Shown here piece after piece: positions 58,704 through 64,000 of a stretch of 64,000 bases of DNA; the stretch's first letter is position 1; each line of letters starts with the position of its first letter. The DNA comes from Acidobacteriota bacterium (GTDB lineage Bacteria; Acidobacteriota; Thermoanaerobaculia; Multivoradales; UBA5704). The stretch is from the NCBI GenBank assembly GCA_040005235.1, contig JBDTZG010000026.1:1-64000 (forward strand), given 5' to 3'. Under the pieces are notes generated by a model, which was not told the DNA's origin, made no database searches, and saw only the letters and a list, made by a program, of their open reading frames with translations. A program made the position numbers and the translations under genes.

Positions 58704-58787
58704 GGCGTCTTTTGGTTCGGAAAGTATACGAGCGCGACGGGCGCGGTGTCGGGCACGCCATCGGACACGCCATCGGGCCGGAAGACG

Positions 58788-59480
58788 CTAGTACGGGCCG
58801 CCCATCTCCAGGATCAGCGGCTTGGTCTTGGTCGCCAGGCCGACGCCGTCGCCGAGCGGCAGCACCACCGCTTCGAGCTGCGGGTGGATCATGAAATAGC
58901 CGTTGAACGACTGGATCGCCTCGATCTTCTCGTCGTCTTCGTCAGCATCCGCGTAAGTGGCGACCTCGCCGCCCCAGAGCAGATTGTCGACCACCACCAA
59001 GCCGCCCACGCGAACTTTCGGCAGCAGCAGATCGAGATAGCGGCGGTACTCGGTCTTCACCGCATCGAGGTAGACGAGGTCGAACGGTCCCTCGATCGCG
59101 CTGTTGCCGCCGAGCACGGCGAGCGCTTCGCCGTGGACCAGCTCGACCCGATCCAGTACGCCGCCCCGTTCGAGGTAACCGCGCGCCTCGGCGAGAATCT
59201 CGGCGTCGGCGTCGATCGACAGGATCTTGGCTTCGGCCGCGGCGCGCGCCAGGCAGAGCGTGCCGTAGCCGATCGAGGTACCGACCTCCAGGATGCGCCG
59301 GGCGCCGATCGAGCGGGCGAGAATCCCGAGCAGGCGGCCGACCTCGGGATCCGAGATCGGCAGCTTGCGCTCGGCGGCCACCTGCTCCATCTCGCGCCGG
59401 AGCGGATCGCGCGGCGGCAGCAGGCGATCGAGGTAGGTCGCCTGCTCCGTGCGCAGGATGGCGTCGGCGCCGTGTTTCAT
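58788..59480 (-). CDS. O-methyltransferase (COMT/CCoAOMT-like)
   Basis: ILEVGTSIGYG, FDLVYLDA.K, VVDNLLW, LPLGDG. Confidence 0.93.
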   Translation of the reverse strand: MKHGADAILRTEQATYLDRLLPPRDPLRREMEQVAAERKLPISDPEVGRLLGILARSIGARRILEVGTSIGYGTLCLARAAAEAKILSIDADAEILAEARGYLERGGVLDRVELVHGEALAVLGGNSAIEGPFDLVYLDAVKTEYRRYLDLLLPKVRVGGLVVVDNLLWGGEVATYADADEDDEKIEAIQSFNGYFMIHPQLEAVVLPLGDGVGLATKTKPLILEMGGPY

Positions 59481-59514
59481 GCGGTCGGGTCTGGGCCGGT
59501 CAAGCTTTTGCCGG

Positions 59515-60393
59515 TCAAGCCTTTGGAGACCACGCGGCGTTCTCCAAAGCGAGCGAGCGCTGGTGCGGGGAGCCCGTGACTTCGAGGTGGAAATCGGCCC
59601 GGAAGCGGATCACGCACTGGCCGCCGGCCGGCAGGTTGTCGATCGTGATCGGCACCAAGTGGATGCCCGGGCCGGAGACATTGGTCTCCGCGCCGCCGCA
59701 ACCGTTGATGATCTGCGCTGAAGGGGGGTGGGTGCCGTCCAACACCAACTTCTCGCCCGGGTTGTCGCCGGCCGGAATGCGCACCGAGAGCCAGAGCGTG
59801 CCCGGCTTGGTGATGGGGGCCAGGCGGATCGCCCCGTTGCCGGCGAGCCAGCGACGGACGAGGGTCTGGCGATCGCCGCCGTCCTCTGCAGGAAGCCAGG
59901 TGCGGGTGAACTGGAGCTTGGTGGCCAGCTTGTCGACCGGCGGCACGTCGATCTCGCCCACCACGTATTCCTTCTTCTTCAGCTCCGTGCCCGTCGTCTC
60001 AAGCGCCCAGCGGTCGCTGCCCGGAACGTAAAGGCCCATCACCAACCGGTGCTTGCCTTCCGGCAGCGGGGTGGCGAGAGCGGTTTGGTAGAGATGGACG
60101 TTGTACGACTGCGGCGTGCCCGGTTTGAATGCCGCCGGATAGGGATGGTCGAACGTCCGCTCGATCTCCCCCTTGTCGTCCACGATGTGGACGAACACGG
60201 TGGGACTGGCGGCGATCGCGGTAATCGGCTCCCAGGTCAGTTTGACCGCGGCGAGCTCGGGGTAAGGCAGGCGAACGGTCGAGGGCTCGATGCGCAGCCG
60301 GGCGACCGGAGGTTCGGAGCGTCCGCAGCCGGCGAGAAGGGCCAGCGGGAGCAGAGCGAGGCTAGGGAGGGTGAGGAGAAGATTCTTCTTCAT
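59515..60393 (-). CDS. hypothetical lipoprotein
   Basis: MKK...LLAGC lipobox; VFVHIVD...FDH Ig-like segment. Confidence 0.8.
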   Translation of the reverse strand: MKKNLLLTLPSLALLPLALLAGCGRSEPPVARLRIEPSTVRLPYPELAAVKLTWEPITAIAASPTVFVHIVDDKGEIERTFDHPYPAAFKPGTPQSYNVHLYQTALATPLPEGKHRLVMGLYVPGSDRWALETTGTELKKKEYVVGEIDVPPVDKLATKLQFTRTWLPAEDGGDRQTLVRRWLAGNGAIRLAPITKPGTLWLSVRIPAGDNPGEKLVLDGTHPPSAQIINGCGGAETNVSGPGIHLVPITIDNLPAGGQCVIRFRADFHLEVTGSPHQRSLALENAAWSPKA

Positions 60394-60463
60394 GGGCCAA
60401 AGACGGTAGCTAGGCGGGGGGGCGCTGTCAAGTTGGCTCGGCCCCCTCCCGGCCCTCGATCCC

Positions 60464-61315
60464 TTACTTTCCGCCCAGCTCGACGATGCTGACCGCACCG
60501 TTGACCGTATCGATCTCGATCTCGGGGCCGCCGCCGTTCAGGGTGCCTTCGATCCGGTTCCGCTTTTTGGCGCCCGCCACGTCCAAATCGCAGCTGACCC
60601 CGCCGTTGGTGGTCGAGGCGGAGAGATTTGCCCGAACCGAGGCGGGGAGTCGCAGGGTGATCCCGCCGTTGGTCGATTCGAGTGAGCTCTTGCCCGCCAG
60701 ATCGGCGAGCTCGGCCTCGATCCGACCGTTCACCGTCGAGGCTTCGAGCGTGCCGCGGGTGTGATGGGCTTCGATGGCGCCGTTGGTCGATTCGAGCTTG
60801 AGCGTGCCGTCGGTGTCGGTTGCACTGACGCCGCCGTTGACGGTGGTCAGGCGCAGGTCGCCCTTGCCGCCCTGGAGCGTGATGCCGCCGTTGACGTTGT
60901 CGATCCGCAAGTCGGCCTCGCGGGGGATGCGCACGTGAAACTCCACTTTGATCGACTCGACTGCCCGGCCGGACAGCCAGCTGAACAGGCCGCTATGCCC
61001 GTGAGGGAATTGCGCTTCGACCTTCACCCGGTTCGGCTTGGCGTCGACGATCACCTTCACCTGATCGAGGGTCCTGTTCGCCTCGTCCTCGCTCGGCGAC
61101 TTGACGATCTTGTCGGCCCGGACCTCGACCTCGGGGCGATCCCACGCCTCGAGGGTGATCGAGCCATTGACGTTCGACAGGTCGAGCGTGCCGTTCGCCG
61201 CGAGCGGGTAGACGCCGGAAACGACTTTATGAACGGTGGCCGCCTGGGCCGGCAGGGTCGCGGCGCCGAACAGGGCGGCGCCGAGGAGCAGATTGCGGAG
61301 CTGGAGTGTGGACAT
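60464..61315 (-). CDS. DUF4097 family beta-strand repeat protein
   Basis: Signal peptide and repeated (T/N)(V/T)NGxI units. Confidence 0.9.
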   Translation of the reverse strand: MSTLQLRNLLLGAALFGAATLPAQAATVHKVVSGVYPLAANGTLDLSNVNGSITLEAWDRPEVEVRADKIVKSPSEDEANRTLDQVKVIVDAKPNRVKVEAQFPHGHSGLFSWLSGRAVESIKVEFHVRIPREADLRIDNVNGGITLQGGKGDLRLTTVNGGVSATDTDGTLKLESTNGAIEAHHTRGTLEASTVNGRIEAELADLAGKSSLESTNGGITLRLPASVRANLSASTTNGGVSCDLDVAGAKKRNRIEGTLNGGGPEIEIDTVNGAVSIVELGGK

Positions 61316-61371
61316 GACCGTATCCCTCTCTGGTTTTTTCAATCTTGGGGGCTAAAGCCTACTGGAGAGCC

Positions 61372-61399
61372 TTACGTTCGAACCGGGCTCGAAGTTACA
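61372..61399 (-). promoter_or_regulatory. putative ECF sigma promoter
   Basis: Minus strand TGTAAC-N17-CGTAA, about 55 nt upstream of the DUF4097 start. Confidence 0.55.
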
Positions 61400-61457
61400 G
61401 TAGGCATCGGTCCAGGCGGAGAACGCCGCGGGCCGGCCGGAAGGCGGAGAAACGAAC

Positions 61458-63104
61458 TTGGGCGAAAAGCAGGTCACCGACGATCTTTCCCTGCTGCTGG
61501 GCATCCTTCCGGACGCCGTGCGGCAGGCCCTGGCCGAGCGACCGGATCTCGACCGGCTGCTGGAGATCGTGCTCGATCTCGGCCGGCTGCCGGAGGCGCG
61601 CTTCCCGGCGCGGGGCGAAGACATCGGTTTCGAACCGGTTTCGCGCGACGATCTCGCCCACGTGGTCGAGCGGGTCGGACGGTTCGGTGCGGACAATCGG
61701 GCGGGAATCGAGCGGACGCTCCACCGCATCTCGGCCCTGCGCAACCGGAACGGCCAGGTGGTGGGCCTCACCTGCCGGGTCGGCCGGGCGGTCTACGGCA
61801 CGATCGATATCGTGCGCGACGTGATCGAATCGGAGCGCTCCCTTTTGTTGCTCGGTCGGCCGGGGGTGGGGAAGACCACCCTCTTGCGCGAGGCGGCCCG
61901 GGTGCTCGCCGACGAGCTCGGACGGCGGGTCGTGGTGGTCGACACTTCGAACGAGATCGCGGGCGACGGCGACATTCCGCACCCCGGCATCGGCCGCGCC
62001 CGGCGGATGCAGGTGCCGACCCCCGCCGAGCAGCATGCGGTGATGATCGAAGCGGTCGAGAACCATATGCCGCAGGTCATCGTGATCGACGAGATCGGCA
62101 CCTCGGCCGAGGCGGCGGCGGCGCGCACGATCGCCGAGCGTGGCGTCCAACTGGTGGCGACCGCCCATGGCAATGCTCTGGAAAACCTGCTGCAGAACCC
62201 GACGCTCGCCGATCTGGTGGGCGGCATCCAGGCGGTCACCCTGTCGGACGAAGAGGCCCGCCGCCGCGGCACCCAGAAGACCGTGCTCGAACGGAAGGGC
62301 CCGCCGACCTTCGACGTGCTGGTCGAGATCCAGGACAAAGACCGCCTGGCCGTCCATCGCGACGTGGCCGAGGTGGTCGACCGTCTGCTGCGCCACATTC
62401 CGCCGGCCCCCGAGCTGCGGGTGCGCACCGCCGACGGTTTCGAAGTCCAGGCGCCCCCTGCTGGGCGCGTCGGGATCTCCGCGGCGTCCTCGGGCACGCC
62501 ATCGAGGCCGAAACCAGCAAAGACCGGCTCCGACGAACCGAACGGTGGTGCCGAGGCAGGTCCCGCGCCCGCCGCGGCGAGATTGGAATCGAATTGGCCG
62601 GGCCGGCCGGTGAAGAGCCGGACTCGAAAGCTGTTTCCTTACGCGGTTTCGAGGAGCAAGATCGAACGTGCGCTCCGCAAGCTGCGGGTGCCGGTCCTGA
62701 TCGTCGAAGACCTCGACGACGCCGATCTGGTGATCGCGCTCAAAGGCCAGGAGCGGCGCCAGCCGAAGAAGCTGCGCGAGGCCGCCGAGCGCGGCCTGCC
62801 AATCGGCGTCGTGCGCACCAACACCCAGGCGCAGATCGAAATCTTCCTGCGCGACGTCTTCGGGCTCGACGAAGAGGAAGAGGGGACCGAGGACGTGGTG
62901 CTTCAAGAGGTCGAGACCGGAATCGACGAGGTCCTCGAAACCGGCCGCTCGGTGGAGCTGGCGCCCCGGGCGAGCCACCAGCGCCGGTTGCAGCACGAGC
63001 TGATCGCGAGCTCCGGCTTGGCGTCGCGGAGCCAGGGCGAAGAGCCGTTCCGCCGGGTGGTGATCTACCCCTCGGCCCGCTTCGCCCCCGCGGCCGACGC
63101 CTGA
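61458..63104 (+). CDS. SpoIIIAA/Ycf45-like AAA ATPase with C-terminal R3H domain
   Basis: [38 protein letters not shown] (R3H), [10 protein letters not shown]. Confidence 0.9.
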   Translation: MGEKQVTDDLSLLLGILPDAVRQALAERPDLDRLLEIVLDLGRLPEARFPARGEDIGFEPVSRDDLAHVVERVGRFGADNRAGIERTLHRISALRNRNGQVVGLTCRVGRAVYGTIDIVRDVIESERSLLLLGRPGVGKTTLLREAARVLADELGRRVVVVDTSNEIAGDGDIPHPGIGRARRMQVPTPAEQHAVMIEAVENHMPQVIVIDEIGTSAEAAAARTIAERGVQLVATAHGNALENLLQNPTLADLVGGIQAVTLSDEEARRRGTQKTVLERKGPPTFDVLVEIQDKDRLAVHRDVAEVVDRLLRHIPPAPELRVRTADGFEVQAPPAGRVGISAASSGTPSRPKPAKTGSDEPNGGAEAGPAPAAARLESNWPGRPVKSRTRKLFPYAVSRSKIERALRKLRVPVLIVEDLDDADLVIALKGQERRQPKKLREAAERGLPIGVVRTNTQAQIEIFLRDVFGLDEEEEGTEDVVLQEVETGIDEVLETGRSVELAPRASHQRRLQHELIASSGLASRSQGEEPFRRVVIYPSARFAPAADA

Positions 63105-64000
63105 GCGGTTTCCAGTGGGGCCGGCGGAGCCGGCGAGTCGTTCAGGCCGTCGAGCACGTTTTTGAACTCGACCGCGTAGATTTCCAGCACCGCGAGGAAT
63201 AGCGCGGCCACCACCGGGCCGACGATGAAGCCCATGGCGCCGAACATCGCGATGCCGCCCAGGGTCGAGAAGAAGACCATCAGGTCGTGCATGCCCGCCT
63301 CGTGGCCGACCAGCCGGGGGCGGATGAAGTTGTCGACGCCGCCGATCACCACCGTCGTGAGGATGATCATCAGAATCCCCTGCCAGATCTGTCCGGTGAG
63401 CAGCAGGAACACCGCCGCGGGGTAGAGCACCAGCCAGGCGCCGACGACGGGCAGGATCGACATGATGGTCGCCACCACGCCCCAGAGGATCGCCCCGTCG
63501 AGGCCGAAAGCCCAGAGCGTGATGGCGGCGAGGCTCCCTTGGACCAGGGCGATCACCAGAGTGCCCTTCATCGTCGCCCGGGTGACCGAGGAAAAGCGGG
63601 TGATGATCGCGTCCAGATGGCCTTCCGGCAGAGGGATCAGGTACTTGATCCGAGGAAGGATCTTCTCGCTGTCGCGGAAGAAATAGAACAGCGTAAACAG
63701 GGTGAGGAACAGGAGGATCACCACATGGATCGTGCCCGACGACGTCGCCTTGATCACCTCGGCGAGAAAGGTGCCGGCGCTCTTTGCCGCGTCCTGGGCG
63801 CTCGCGCTCCAGTCGAATTGATCGAGGTGCAGAGTGCGGAACCAGACGGAGCGCTTCATGGCGCCGAGCGGACCGGCGTCGCCCTCTTCGAAGAACTTGC
63901 GGAGCTGCGCCTCGGACGAGTTGTAGAAGTCGAGCGCCTCGTGGGCGACCAGGTTCGCCACCCAATACAGCGGTACCACGAGGCCGATGATCACCAACAG
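63065..64000 (-). CDS. AI-2E family transporter (5' end outside window)
   Basis: [30 protein letters not shown]. Confidence 0.9.
   Translation of the reverse strand: MLVIIGLVVPLYWVANLVAHEALDFYNSSEAQLRKFFEEGDAGPLGAMKRSVWFRTLHLDQFDWSASAQDAAKSAGTFLAEVIKATSSGTIHVVILLFLTLFTLFYFFRDSEKILPRIKYLIPLPEGHLDAIITRFSSVTRATMKGTLVIALVQGSLAAITLWAFGLDGAILWGVVATIMSILPVVGAWLVLYPAAVFLLLTGQIWQGILMIILTTVVIGGVDNFIRPRLVGHEAGMHDLMVFFSTLGGIAMFGAMGFIVGPVVAALFLAVLEIYAVEFKNVLDGLNDSPAPPAPLETAQASAAGAKRAEG

Noticed and set aside
58750-58777. 12-bp tandem duplication CACGCCATCGG(A/G)
   Set aside because: Two copies only, likely slippage, no functional context.
60761-63965. Long overlapping 813-aa and 856-aa ORFs, and many similar Arg/Pro/Gly-rich ORFs across the window
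   Set aside because: Alternative-frame or antisense shadows typical of high-GC DNA, overlapping genes with clear motifs.

Overview
High-GC bacterial chromosomal window, most likely Acidobacteriota and probably Thermoanaerobaculia-like. That placement is inferred from an ADOP-type permease, two IPTL-CTERM proteins, a sulfatase-TPR fusion and a PAATLLLPYFEV-type secreted protein. The window opens in the trailer end of a type I-C-like CRISPR array (10 repeats visible, no cas genes in view). It also holds a hipBA toxin-antitoxin pair, tRNA-Ala(CGC), housekeeping genes (cls, ygfZ, erpA/iscA, pgsA, uppS, htpG), ABC/MMPL transporters, secreted enzymes and a CheB-CheR fusion. Five genes are broken: two by internal deletions, two by 1-nt frameshifts and one 5'-truncated remnant. 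The most notable unexplained signals are: (1) a sigma70 promoter, a ~75-nt two-hairpin RNA ending in a U-tract, and an NYN/PIN RNase gene, laid out like an RNA-antitoxin module (55733-56488); (2) a non-coding array of 13-bp palindromes phased 20/20/21 bp (41302-41680); (3) a 4.4-kb integrase-free cargo bracketed by two almost purely synonymously diverged 365-bp copies of an ABC permease 3' end (23598-28754); (4) a TIR domain fused to a CGCFYC/CPxCG zinc-finger-like domain amid attC-like remnants (17672-18373). All calls come from reading the sequence and motifs by eye; no database searches were run.
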